A stretch of 62,516 nt of DNA, the filler included, from Basidioascus undulatus (taxonomy: Eukaryota), in assembly GCA_000826855.1 (NCBI GenBank). It is 6 parts of 6 records of this genome, joined end to end, with 100 filler letters (N's around TTAATTAATTAA, not from the genome) between each part and the next. Parts side by side here need not be neighbours in the genome. Positions count along the whole stretch, not along the records: positions 10,452 to 20,796 come from JTLS01001141.1; positions 20,897 to 31,240 come from JTLS01001142.1; 4 more parts are not named here. One strand, given 5' to 3'. Below the pieces are notes generated by a model that had not been told where the DNA came from, did no database searches, and saw nothing but the letters and a program-made list of their open reading frames with translations. The position numbers and the translations under genes were made by a program. Of this stretch, positions 12,497 through 24,857 are shown piece by piece (position 1 is the stretch's first letter; each line of letters begins with the position of its first letter).

Positions 12497-12843
12497 TGTT
12501 CTCGGTCCCCACCTTGTCCACATGGCTTCCCGAACTAGGGCGATCTACTCAGCTAACCGTATCATGCCGCACGTTCCCTCAGTTTACTTTGATATAGTCT
12601 CCCTTTCTCTTGCCTTTCCTTTGAAGTAGCTCCCCTTTGTCTTGTCTATTTTTGTTCTTGCCTGTCATTGTTCCAAAGTTCTATAGAATTCCCCCTTTAG
12701 CTCTAGCTTGAATAAAAAGGCCTCAGCAGCCTTAACCAAGGTTCTAACCCAGTTCTCGTTCCCTAATCAAGAGACAGGAGACGGGGCTCGAAGGAGAGGC
12801 GGAACCACCTTTGAGGGAGCTCAGCCTGGGTGTCTCCTAGACA
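12497..12843 (+). mobile_element. Candidate solo LTR
   Basis: TGT...ACA ends. Flanks TTTGC/ATTGC match 4 of 5 as a target-site duplication. Internal TATA-like box, pyrimidine tract and AATAAA (12711-12716). AT-rich and CpG-poor. Confidence 0.55.
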
Positions 12844-13222
12844 ATTGCTTCCCGCAGAACACGGCCAATACCTGAAATCCCTCTCTGCGCCTCAACGGTT
12901 GCATAGATGTCGCCATCCTGAGGCGTCCATATCCCTATTGTCTGTATCAGACGACTCACTGGACTGCGGCTCCTCCATCGATGTGCGGCCTGTCCACCGC
13001 CGCTCCTCTTCAATCGCCAGCACACAAGGCACCGCAAAGCCGGATGAGCAGCGGTTGCCGCAGCGCGACTTCTTCGGCTGCTGGCGGCCTACGCATTGGA
13101 AGCGAGGTGTGCTGTTAGCTGAAGATTGCATCGTCAGTTTGCCCATACAGCCGCAGGATCCGCAAGCGAGTTCGTAACGATGGTCCTAACAACAGCTTTT
13201 TAGCTGTCGACCGATCCTGTTC

Positions 13223-13700
13223 TGTAACACCTTGGGTGCGAAGGCCCTGGGGTACCCCTCGATTTTGGGGCCCGCAGGGCCGAAGAGAAGAAATGAGGGA
13301 AGGGGCGGCAGGGCTGAGGGTGAGGGTTAAATTAAAGGGAGCGGGAAAGGATAAAAAGCGTCAGGGAGGGAGAAAAAGCGAAAAGGAGAAGGGGAAAAGC
13401 GGTGGGAGGGGAGGGACGGAAGTGGGAGGGTGGTAAGGGAGGAGGAAAGCGAAGCCGACGTAAAGTTAGGAGAGGAAGGGAGGATATTGGATATGGTAAA
13501 AATTCAATATCGTGGTGTAAAAACGATATTGGATGGGCTGGTTTAGGGTAGTAAGCGAGACAGAAGGAGGGAGGGGTAGAGAGGCGGGGTAGGACAGACA
13601 AGAGAAGGCCTCGTGGGGAAGGCTCTCTGCCTCTCTGCTCCTCTGTAATCGCTGTAGATAATTTTCGCCCCCCGGGCCGTCAGAGCGCGCTCGCATCACA
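13223..13700 (-). mobile_element. Possible second LTR-like relic
   Basis: TGTAAC...TCACA ends and strong purine/pyrimidine strand asymmetry. No target-site duplication found. Confidence 0.3.
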
Positions 13701-14120
13701 TGCATATGCCCTGCAGCCCACACTCTGCCTCTTTCCCCCACTCGTCTGTCCTCCTCGTCTGGCGCGGAAAGATGGCTGCCTATTGTACTCACCAGACGCT
13801 CTAGTGTCGACGGATTTTCAGACTTTTCTGCTAGGAGCGCGATTGCGGGCCATGTGCTCGAATGAGCGCAGACGAACGTCACATACTGCAGAAACAAACA
13901 CGCACGTTGGCTGCGGGCCGCTCTGACTTGCAGGTTTGCAGGTGGCATCATCAGAAGGCCTAGTTTTCCTAGCATTCTCAAAGGCAGAATCAGAGTACCA
14001 TGATGAAGCGAAAGGGAAACAGTTTTTCCCATGTTGATGGCGTGGGGGACGCAAAGCAATGTCATGATGAAGTGGACGGTTTGGGTGCGAGGAGAGAAAG
14101 TTTGGAGGAAAAGGAAGACA

Positions 14121-14176
14121 AAAACACAGTTGAGAGACGGGGTGTGGAAGAAAACACAGTTGAGAGACAGGGTGTG
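14121..14176. repeat. Tandem repeat with 30-nt period, two copies
   Basis: AAAACACAGTTGAGAGAC(G/A)GGGTGTG at 14121 and 14151. Confidence 0.9.
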
Positions 14177-16473
14177 ACGGTCTCTAGCGGCAACGTATCA
14201 GCGTGCGCGGGGAAAGTGGGGTGGTGGATTTGGGCGCCTAGCCTCAGTGGATGTCGGCGCTCTGCAGCAGCGGCGGTCTGTTGTTCGGAGGGTGAGACGC
14301 TGCGGGAAAGTGTGGCACTAGGGTGATGGATGGCACAAGAGGGTGGGTATTGGTGTACTGAGCAGTGATTGTCCGGCAGACACGAGGTCAGGCGAGATGA
14401 ATTACTCCTGTTATGAGGTTGTGGGTCAGCGGTGCCAGGCACGGGTGAACGGTGGGGAAATCATCACATTTCCGTTCGAGAGCAGGATTACATGTCCATG
14501 CGATCCGCCTTGTTATCCCAGTTTCAACCGTAAGTATAGCTCTGCTTGCTGAGATCGCCGTATGCCGACCCAAGCGGGCAGATGAATTCGGGGTCGGGCA
14601 TCCAGTCCCTGCAAAAAGAAAAGTAGCGTGAAACTCAGCAAACTGAGGATATCTGCCACCCGACAATTTGCAGTGCTTCCTCCTCCGTCGCCTCGATCGG
14701 GTGAGAGGCACCTGTGCCAGTCAACATTGTCTGGATACAGTTGTGGTCTTGTTCAAGGAAAGAAATTAACCGAAGTAGAGAAGGTGTTAGTCTTTGCTGG
14801 ATGAGTGGACAAAAAGGACAGGAACGCGAACTTGCAGGTCAGGTAGATGAGCATCAGCCGCACGTAGTCGTCCACTGAGTTATCCTCGGGTTCCTCCAAG
14901 CCCAAAGCAACCCTTCATCCACCAAATCTTCAGGTCAGAACATACGAGGCAAATGTCCGAAGTCGAGTCATGGACGTACTGGGACCCCAAAAGCATGCCA
15001 TCCCTACCCATTGCAGAACACGGATCAAAGCGGTGAATTGTGGATCCGAGATGTATGATATTTGAACCCGAGAATGAACCTACACTTAAGAGTGATCTGA
15101 GCTCGGCCAGTTTGGACAGGCCCAGCAACGACGGCGTGGACGAGCAGCGCGGTGACGGCGAGGATCTGAGCAGCGAGTATGGCTGGAGTTGGTGTCGGAG
15201 GAAGAGGGGTTCTGCACTCGCCACCACACAGTCAACCCTCCTTGGACTAAATTGGCGGCATTGTGCCGGCGTTGAGAATCTCTGTCCGCTCATACAGACC
15301 TGCATGTTTCTGGAGAAGCAAAATGCGAAACATCGATCAAGAGAAGGCGGCAATCAGATAAGATCAATCTATAAGATACAGTACCTTGAAGATCAGCCAT
15401 GCGGCTTTGCGAGTGCCGTCAGCGTATTTATTCCTCCATCGTGAAGATGACAGCTTGCCTAGATTTGGAGCGGTCGTGCCGCGAAGTACAAAGCAGCAGG
15501 AAAAAGCAGCCCAACAGCTCCAACGAATCTTTCTTGGTTCAACTGATTGGTTTGATGGAGAACAGAGGGCAGGGACGGAGGCGCGGACGAATGGGAAAGT
15601 TCGATGGATAGCCTTCATGTGCAATCCCCCCCTTTTTTTGAAAACGACGGGGTGGGCGCGGGACAATCCGGGGGCTTCGGGAGAGAGTCCATGGATGGGC
15701 GGCGCGGTGCGGAAAGTGCTGACAGGATGGACAGACGGAAGAGGGTTTGAAAGTTGAAGGACGGTCAACAAACTGCAATAATATTACACTTTTTGACATT
15801 CTCGTTGTTCTGAAATACCGCGGGGGTAATCCCGTGGTCCTGGAGACATGAAAAGCCTCAGCAGCGCACCGGCTGCCGCCTTCCCGCCTTTCTGCACCTC
15901 CCCGCGTCTGTCTGTCCTTCTCCTGGTAATAAACGGACTATCCCTTAGGACAAACAATTACACAAATATCAAGTCGGTAATAGGAATTCCGCTGCACTAA
16001 CTCTCTGCTGCTGATGCCTTATCGTCATGTACTGCTTGGCAAGAGGTGCTGAAGCGCCACGGACTTTTAAGCACGCTTGCTTCAAGGGAAGGCGAATTTG
16101 TTTTGAATAGGGTTATTTATGATCAGAGATCACTTTCGCTATCCCGGGTAGCCACAGGGAGGCAAGGGGGGGTGGTGGTGTTGGAAGATATCAGCCTCCG
16201 CAGCGCCACCTGCTGCCGCCCTTTCTATAAAGATTCAGCTTATTCCTCCATGCTGGTGATTACCCTATCAGAACTCCGAACTATTCATCCTTTCAATACA
16301 ACCCTTCTTGCCGCCACGCCCTCAGTTCCTCCAACAAAGTCGGTAACTCTTCGTCGCCCGGGGTCTACACTCCTTGTGTTTCACAGGCTGATAAGGACTT
16401 TGTCCGGAATTCCACCGTCCACAGAACATTTTGCCCGCGCCCCCCACCGTTCTCCCGCCCTCTGTATCACAAC

Positions 16474-17400
16474 ATGCCTACGCCCTCGAACGCTTCCAAC
16501 AAGCGCCTCGCCAAGTTTCTGGACAAGAATGTTACCTTGCGGGAAAGCAAGATACGTTGCTTGCCCCCGGGTCCAAGCGAGCAGAAGCTAGTAGGCTAAA
16601 CACCGTGGCTTCATTGGGTTATAGGATTCGATTGCCGTCGAGCGCAAGGCTGCCCTATGCGCGCAGCGGAAGAGCGCCAGGTGCGCGCAGACCGTCGCGC
16701 TGCGCTCAAGAAGGAGGACTGGCACAAGCGGCAGGCCGAGCTTGCGAATGGCAAGCGCCAAAGAAATAAGCCATTGGATGAGAGCAAGGACATCAGGGTA
16801 TATTTTGTGGGTATGTTCTGTTCTTTGCGAAGCGGAAGGCTGACGCAAGTGTGTTGGTGTGGGACACACGGCCAGTACGGCGACGAGACGATCAAGAAGC
16901 ACCCGGATAAGAAGGCCAAGGTCAACAAGGAGACGAAGCTGAAGATCGTCGCCTCCTTTCGAAATGTCTGCCTCCAGCAACAATTCGGTCCCCGCTGCGC
17001 CAACCAGTCTTACGACGTCGACGTCCCGCGCCGAGGCCAGGACCGAAGCAACCTCGCGACCTAAGCAAATTTCCTGGGAGTGTCTTCAAAGCTTCAAACT
17101 GAGAAATGTGTTAATCAACACGCTCAGAAACTCCAACTCGGATTTCGACGATGACGACACACCCACGCGCCGCACGCCCCCGCGCTGGGTAAAGTCGCCG
17201 CAAGTGCAGGACAGCTCGAGAAGCAGAAGCGCATCAACCCGGACGAGGTCTTAGGCGAACCGCCTAAGATGAACCTTAACGGAATGCTCAACGTGCGCAG
17301 AGCGGGTCGCTTCAGGAAGCGCACGAGCTCCAGCAACTGGGGCACAGACGGCGTCACGCCTGCGGAGGAGCTCGCCTACGCAGAGCGCATGGGTACGTCT
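16474..17400 (+). pseudogene. Probable decayed gene for a highly charged protein of unknown family
   Basis: MPTPSNASNKRLAKFLDKNVTLRESK, then K/R/E-rich exon-like blocks ending SSNWGTDGVTPAEELAYAERMG. The first donor reads ATACGT rather than GTACGT, and frameshifts are needed to link the blocks. Confidence 0.4.
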
Positions 17401-18123
17401 GCGTTTGCAGGAATTTGGGATAGCGCCTGGCATTTGGAGGGAATTCATTTTAAGGCTTCAACTCGTGATCATTCAGCCGACGCCTAGGCGCGTGCTGCTG
17501 GACAGCAAGAGGTTGACGGTTGACGAGGAACGCAGTTCGAAGTCCTGGCCTTTCCTTTCCTATTCTTATGGTGTCCACCACATGTCAGCAAGCATAATGT
17601 GTACAATACAATATTATCTCGATGTCTGTCCGCTTCTTTCGTTGCAGTGTTCCCTTCGCCACAGAAAAGATTCCGACAGCGTTGTCTTGTCACATCATAT
17701 CGTTTGTTTCCAAAAGGCGGCAGTGCATCTGTCAGTCTCCACCGATCGTCAGGCCAGTAAAACCATGCACCATCACGCGTTGACACGAGGCAGAGTCCCG
17801 AGGCGGCGCCCATCCTCCCACAAGTGTGCCGAGGCGAGATCGATACGAGACCGGCGAACGTGCGCAAGACACGGTCGCAAGACATTGTTCATTTCATATT
17901 CCTCAAAGAATCAGTCCACAACTCATCGCGTATCAGCCGCAAGCCCAATAACCTCACCCTTCCTAGGCAAGTATTGTTCGCCAACCAATGCACGAGTATC
18001 AGAAAGAAAAAAAGAGAAGCAAAACGATACACAGCCATATAACTCTCCTCCCATCCCATCCCGCATGCCCAATAGCGCACCCGTGCATCTCTCTCTTCGC
18101 AGCACCACGTCTCGTCCCATCCT

Positions 18124-20550
18124 TCAGGAGTACGACCCGCTATTGACCTGCTCGCCCATCCCCACCATGTTCCATGTCAGTTCACCAGCCGCCCCATGCG
18201 AGAGCAGCAAGGAAGCGATGGGAAGAAGAGGTTGGAGCGCACCTTGTCCCTGAGCATCTGCACAAACTGCACGTAGCTCATCCCGACCTCGAACCGGTCC
18301 TCGATGAGCATCGAGAGCGCCCAGCTACGGAGGCTCGCGTCCGCGCCGATGCCGTCCTCCTTGACAACGTACACGTGCGCGCGGTAGGGGCCGCGGCGCG
18401 ACTCGCGGATCTTGTTGATCACTGCGTTCACGCGCTGCGAGAACGAATTCTCGAGGAGGGGGAGGGATGTCTGCGACCACCACCCACCACGAACGACCTC
18501 CCATCAGTCCATGGCAACCTGCGAGTAAGGAAGGGAAGGGGCAACGCACCTTGCCGGACTTGAGCTCCGCCGAGCTGGGCAAGTTGAACACGTCGAGGAC
18601 GAGCTGGGGCACGGCGTCGCGGCCAAGCCAGAGGAAGATGTTCTGCCCGTCCTCGATGATGTACAGCCCGTGGCGCTCGAGGCGCTCGCTCGTCAGGTTC
18701 AGCGCGGGCGGGAGGATGATGCCGCGCTCGCCGACGGTGCCAGCCTGCAATACGGGCCGACGATGAGGTAAGTCAGTCTGGTGTTCGAAGCGCTTTACAC
18801 AGCTGGTTAAGGAGGAAGCATGTCGTACCTCCGAAGGCATGTTGTGCAAGCCGTAGAAGTTGGGATGGATGTAGGGGATGAGCGCTTGGGACGGGAGCGT
18901 AGTGAGGAGGCAGTGCGCATAAGCGCGAAGGTCAGGCGGGATCTGTGCGCTCTGGCGGATTCCGACCTGCGATCCCAATCCCCACCCCAATCACAATCAG
19001 CATCAACGCACCATCCTCCGACCCTCTTCCCCTCCTGCTCGACATCGGCCGCTCACGTGCTTCAGCAGCCCCAGCACAAGCAATGGTAGATGTTTGAGGT
19101 TGTCCGCGACGTTGAGCTGCGGACTCGCGCCGCCGCCGCTCGTCATCGTAGCCTTGTACGTGCCCAGGATGTCGACCGTCTTGTTGACGAGCGCGTCGCG
19201 CGCGTCCTCGAGCTTGGCGGACTGCGAGCGCTCGACCGCCTTGTTCGCCAGCAGCGTCGCGATCGCAACCTCGTCCGCCGAACCGTAGATCTCGGACGGG
19301 CTGCTCGTCGTTGGCAGCGCGAGCGTGATGACGCGGATGCGGCGCTCGCCTGGTCCCAAACCACCAAGTCAGCTACACTCTGCTTCCTGTCTTCCGATAC
19401 GTCGCCCGCTCGACGCACCGTAGCACGTCGTGTGCAGCACGGCCGTCTGGAAGACGACGAAGGGCTGGGTGAGGGGGTCCTCGATCTGGATCTCGACCGC
19501 GTACGACTGGTCGATGGGCACGGCGGGCATGGCGAGGAGGTCCGTGGAGCGGACAAAGAAGTTGCCGTGGTACTCGGACATGCGGATGCCTGTCAGCCCA
19601 ATCCTCCGTAAGCCCCGTGCCTTTTATCTTCGACGCCGAGGGAGACAAAACACGAAGAACGCACCCCGCGAAGCGCGCACGCGCATGACAGCCTCGAGCG
19701 CGATCGGGCTCGCGAGCACCTCGCTGAATTCGTGCGCGAACTTGAGCGCGTCCTCCGTCCGCGCCGCCGTGAAGCTCGGGTAGAAGTACGTCTGGCCCGA
19801 TGTGTACTTGGGGAGGACCACTACGAGCGAAGCGAGCCATGAAGGGAAGGGTCAGCCAACCGACATATACGGTAGGATCGGGAAAAGACGGACTCAGCGT
19901 AGCCACATCCTGGTACCCCTGCCCAAACAAGAACATGTCCACGGAGATCTGCGCGCGGGAGCAGTCGATCGCGTAGTTCTTGTAGAAGCCGCTGCCGCCA
20001 GCTTGGAGGAGGCTCGATTCCTGTGTTCCCACCCCAGAAAACCCACATCAGGGGGAAAATGGAGGATGGGGAGGAGGGGGAGGACGACGGACCTTGGGCG
20101 TGCCGAGGATCTTGGGGTCCTCCCTGTTCTTGAGCGCGCCCTGGCCGACGTTCGGCAGCGACGCCGTGAGGACCATGATCTTGCCTCCGAACGGCGACTG
20201 TTGCACGACCACCCGTCCACACACGTCAGCCTTCGTTCTCTTCTCATCTACCATCTCATCCCACCCCCTCCTCTCTTTTCCCCGACGTCCTCCCGAACGA
20301 CTAGGCCGAACCAAGGCGGCGGCGGAGGAACGAAAACCGCACGCACGATCAACTGCAGCGCCGCCTTCAGTGCGCTCCCCATCGCGCTCTCCGGCCCGGT
20401 GCTGCTCTGGAACATGTCGCTCAGACCACTGAGGAGGTTCTCGATCGCGCCGCGCGCCTCAGACAGGTTGACCAGCAGGTCCGAGGGCGTGGGGAGGAAC
20501 GGGTCGTCCAGGTCCGAGACGACGAGCATCGTCGGGTCCGTCGCGCCGGG
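18124..20550 (-). CDS. SEC24: COPII coat subunit Sec24, 3' part (5' lost at contig end), multi-exon
   Basis: [99 protein letters not shown], gelsolin-like [16 protein letters not shown] at 18124-18126. Confidence 0.95.
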
Positions 20551-20796
20551 CTGCGGGTCGGCCGTTCCATAGGAGTCAGCATTGTGTCACATGTGTTTCC
20601 CTGTGACCCGAGTGGGGTGGGGTAGAATGGGGGAGAAGGAGGGCCGAGGGCGAAGGCGAAATGCGAGGGCGGGGGGGAGCGCAAGTGTGGGGGGTCGGAG
20701 GCGGAGGGCGAGGATGGGGTCGACTAGGGAGGGTGTGTGGCGGATGTAGCGGCCAAGTGTGCCGACATTGGCCTCGGCAGAGAGCCAGTGCCGGCG

Positions 20797-20896
20797 NNNN
20801 NNNNNNNNNNNNNNNNNNNNNNNNNNNNNNNNNNNNNNNNTTAATTAATTAANNNNNNNNNNNNNNNNNNNNNNNNNNNNNNNNNNNNNNNNNNNN
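20797..20896. other. Artificial contig spacer
   Basis: N44-TTAATTAATTAA-N44. Confidence 0.99.
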
Positions 20897-22668
20897 CCCC
20901 TCGAGCGGCCTACCGGAGGGGCCAGCGAGTGCTTGCCCAGGAGGTCGTGGGTGGGGAGGGGGGAGTGAGCGCGGGTAGGTGCAGGGGGCGCTTGGAGGAG
21001 GCGACAGGTGTGGACGCCCCGAGGATGTCGGAGAAGGTCAGGTCGTGCAGCTGCCCACAGGATGCAAAGTAAGTTTCAACGAATTTGAAAAGTCAGAGCG
21101 AGACCAAAACACACCTCCCCCATGTGCATCGAGCGCTGCGACTGCGACGAGGGGAAGTTGGGCAAATGCTCAGGCTGCGAGAGCGACGAAGCGCCGCCTG
21201 CGGTCCCATGCTGAGACTCGTCCGCGCCGGACGCTTCGACCGCATGCGTCTGGTTCTCGACGACCAGCTCCGAGGCGTTCCGCCCCGCTGATGCCGACGC
21301 TGGCGCAAGCGAGCCCTGGTCCGGCAACGAGGGCTCGGCAGGCTTGTCGGCGGCCCACATCTCCACATCCTCCTCCTTCTCCTCGACGGGCACCAGCGCA
21401 GGCGCCTCAGCTGTCTTCGCAGCGTGAGACCCGCCCGCTCCGTTGAAGAAGCGGCTCGTCGTCGCGCGCTTCGCGGGGGGCTCGGCAGTGTCCTCCTCGT
21501 CGGACGATGTAATGTCGATGACCTGGGAAGCCGAGGCGGGGCGTTTAGAAGGGGAAGCTTGGGATTGGGTCCTGCGCCGGGGAGGCGCGCCGGGTAGGGG
21601 CGGTGGATTGGGGAGGGTGGCTGTGCGACGAAGAGCCTTGCCGCCCGCTGCGGCCAGCTCGTCGGAGCGCGAGCGCTTTTTGGTGGCTGTGAAGCCCGAG
21701 AAGGAGCCGGTGGAAGACGCAGAGGAGGAAGGGATGAGGAGCGTCGGGGCGGCGGGTGCCGGGGGAGCCTTCTTCTTCCTGGCAGCGCGGACCTGGCGCT
21801 GCCGCTCCTCCGCGCGCTGCGCGATCGCGCGCTGCTCCTTCTCCCTCTTCATCGCCTCCCACTCCACCTTCCACTCTTCCAGCTCCTCCAACGACGCCGG
21901 AATCCCGCGCCCAAGCCCAAGCACCACCTCGTCCCACATCTTCTCATCGGCGGTCTGCGCGCGCCGCCCGCCCGCCTCGGGCTGGCCCCATCCGCCGCGT
22001 ACGCCATGCCGCGCACACGCGATGACGAGCACATTGCCGTGGATGCGGTTGTGGTTCGTCTTCAGGCGCTTCGTGAGCGCGTTGACGCGCGTCTGGGAGA
22101 CCTGGGCCTCGCGCGCGGGGTTGGAGTGCAGGACGAGCGGGAGGGACGCTGCGTACGCTTCGAGCGCGTAGAGCTGCGCGAGGCGGCAGGGGGGCGGCTT
22201 GGGCGCGCGCGGGGTCGCGGAGGTGGGCGAGGGCGTGGAGGCGTAGGTGGATGCGGAGGGAGTGTCCGCGGCAGCGCTCGTTGAGGGCTGCAGAGGCGTC
22301 ATGGGCGGGCGCGACGAGGACGAGGCCTGCGGGTCGGCGTCGTACAACATGTCGAGAATGATGCTACACTTCCGAACAACAATGTGAGCTCAAAAGGCGT
22401 GAATCACGTTGTTATCCAACGCATACAGTCAGAGCGGACGGCAGTCCAGATTGGAGGCTGCTCCCGCGTAGATCACTGACCACAAACATCATCAGCCACA
22501 CCGTTCGAGCCGTACAGTCGAGCCTCTGGCCTACATGGGCGTATTCTCTGAGGTATATACGACGCCTGCGCAAGCGGTGGCTCGCCGGAAATGGTCGATA
22601 ACGAAGTCGGGACGACGGTGGTAGCGTTCAAGCCGGCGCGAACCCAGAGTGGTTGGGCGAGCTTCCAT
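20897..22668 (-). CDS. Hypothetical protein, largely low-complexity, 3' truncated
   Basis: 424-aa ORF with GC-ending codon bias. Two short upstream exons from ATG 22668 splice in frame via GT-AG introns (MEARPTTLGSRRLERYHRRPDFVIDHF...LPIILDMLYD). Confidence 0.65.
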
Positions 22669-23199
22669 CCGCGCGGACTGTCCGCGGCTTGCTGAGGGCA
22701 GTCTGTTTCCAATCACCTGTTCCTTGTTTTTGCTTTTTTCAGTGTTCGGCCAGCAAGCCTGTCGCTCGCATTTCCTTTTTCCTCGTTATTACATTGAGTA
22801 TGACAGTAACAGTAGGAACTCACATGCGTGCGTGCGATTGTTAGATGTAGGGCCAAGATACATGTACACTCGAAAAGATTTTTCCGATGAAAGATGACTT
22901 AATGCCCGCAGACTCGCGGGCATTTCAGCTAACTCGTTATAAAATCAACGTAAAATGCCTGTGCCCGTCTGTTGGCCCCGGAGCAATCTGCTTTGGCACA
23001 CGCGTGCTGTAGGCTTTGTTGCTGTCTCCTTGCAGGGACTGCACTGTCCGTCAACACTGATGCTCTTGGAAGCGAACGCGCAAACAGAGCTCTGGAACAC
23101 TCGGACTTGCGCGCAACAATGGCACATTCATAATCGACCCCGTCTTCATCCCACCCGGCTCTCATCGCTGTCCTGCAGCGGTTGGACATCTGGAGCGGC

Positions 23200-23950
23200 T
23201 CAGAACCTGGCCGAGTCCTGGAGGCCAACCTCGACCTGCTGCTGGGGTGCACAATCCCCGCCACCAAGCCTAAAATCAGTCCTCTCTTCTTCACGGACAG
23301 TCTGAGGGTTCGCTCACCGTGCCTCTTGGCCTTCTCGCGGTCGATGAAGTCAAGTCCGTGAGTCTGGATGAGGAGGTCAACGATGCCGCCGGTGAGACCC
23401 GCGAGGATCACTTTGGCCTTCTGTTGGTGTGTATAAACCGCTGTTGGTGTGTATAAACCGAGTTCCTGTGTCAGACATAAGGGTGGACTAGGGGAGGGGG
23501 GAGAGCAAGGTGACCTCGTAGGACTCGGGCTTGCCCTCGCGCTGTCCACCCATACAATTCGAATTTCAGAGGAGGCGGAGAGTCAATTGCAGAAAATGCA
23601 AGACTACCTCCTCGTACTGTGAGCAAACAACGTGTAAGTGGCTGTTCCTTCCCATCGCAAGCGGGTCAAGAGCAACGTACGGCCTTGGCAGCCTCGTAGG
23701 CGGCGGCGGAGGCGAGCAGCTCGTGGGACCACGACGCCTACCGACAGACAGGGTCAAGGAGTAAGTTAATACGAGTCGATACCCATCGAGGAGTACCTGG
23801 GTCGTAGCTCTGACCTCGTGCGGCTGGTTCTTGACCTGCTTGTAAGCGTTGCTCTGGTCCTGTTCACCTGCCCACCCCGTCAGAACCAACGTGTCTGATC
23901 AGCGCATCCAATCCACACTATTCTACCGAGTTGTGGCTGAAGAAGCCCAT
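23200..23950 (-). pseudogene. CipC-family (DUF3759) gene, probably damaged
   Basis: Seven small exons: MGFFSHNS/DQSNAYKQVKNQPHE/ASWSHELLASAAAYEAAKA/YEE/REGKPESYE/KAKVILAGLTGGIVDLLIQTHGLDFIDREKAKRH/AQQQVE. The last acceptor is CAC (23247-23249) and another acceptor is duplicated. Confidence 0.8.
23421..23460. repeat. Perfect 20-nt tandem duplication covering a 3' splice site
   Basis: CTGTTGGTGTGTATAAACCG twice in succession. Confidence 0.95.
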
Positions 23951-24780
23951 TGTGTAGAGTGCTTGTTTTTGTGGAAGTCTTTGGAAGTCGTTGTAGGAGG
24001 TGGATGCTGGAGGAGCACAAGCCGTTCGACGCGGCTGCGGCCTTCTTGAACCATTGGTTACGGGGGGTTCAGCCGAAGTCGTCATACCGTTGCGTTCTTC
24101 TCTCTCTCAACGGAACCGTTTCTTATAACAGAGCGGAAGCACGCTGTACAAGCTCGCACTGGCTGTGTACTCGCGGACGCGGTGTGTATTTTAGGCTGCT
24201 GTCTGCCTCGTGGGGTGCCCTTTCGGAAAGGCGCTGTAGGCGGGTCAACGGAAGAGCGTTTCTGTGGAGGAGATAGTGGGCGCCTCTGTTTCAGGACCCC
24301 TGGCAACGCAAGAAGCTGAACCCTGTACATGTGAAACTCGGCGTGTGCGGATTCCGCACTCTTGCGGGCGTGGTACGGCAGCTGCACAAGTGCAGCAGCA
24401 GCACAGCTTTCCAATTGTACAGCAGAGCATCTCCTCATCACTTATGTCTAGCTCTCCTCTTGGAATCATTACACTGACATAGGATCCTGGGCAAACGGCC
24501 TCCTCGGTACCAGATCTTTCGCCTTCCGCACCCGTGGCTCGCTAAAAAATACTATCAGGTGGACGTACTTGCCTACTCATAACAGAGCGTTGGTTACCAC
24601 AGCTTTCGGTTTCAGATCCAAGCAAGAGGCCGTGTGAGAGATGCATCTCTCTTTCCGCAGTGAAGGCAGCAGGCCGTAGTTTCTCACTGAGAATTGCAGG
24701 CGGAGCTGCCGGGGGATCCATCCCACTTGAGATGGGCTTATTCAATGGAACAGACTGAGAAAGCCATTTCCTAGAAGCAA

Positions 24781-24813
24781 GAACGACAACCACGAACGAC
24801 AACCACGAACGAC
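24781..24813. repeat. 13-nt tandem repeat, about 2.5 copies
   Basis: GAACGACAACCAC GAACGACAACCAC GAACGAC. Confidence 0.85.
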
Positions 24814-24857
24814 GGATCACGACCCGGCTCAAAACCCAACGGATATTCCCGGGTGTC

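Noticed and set aside
14121..14176. CRISPR-like repeat
   Set aside because: Only two adjacent copies, no spacers, no cas genes, eukaryotic context.
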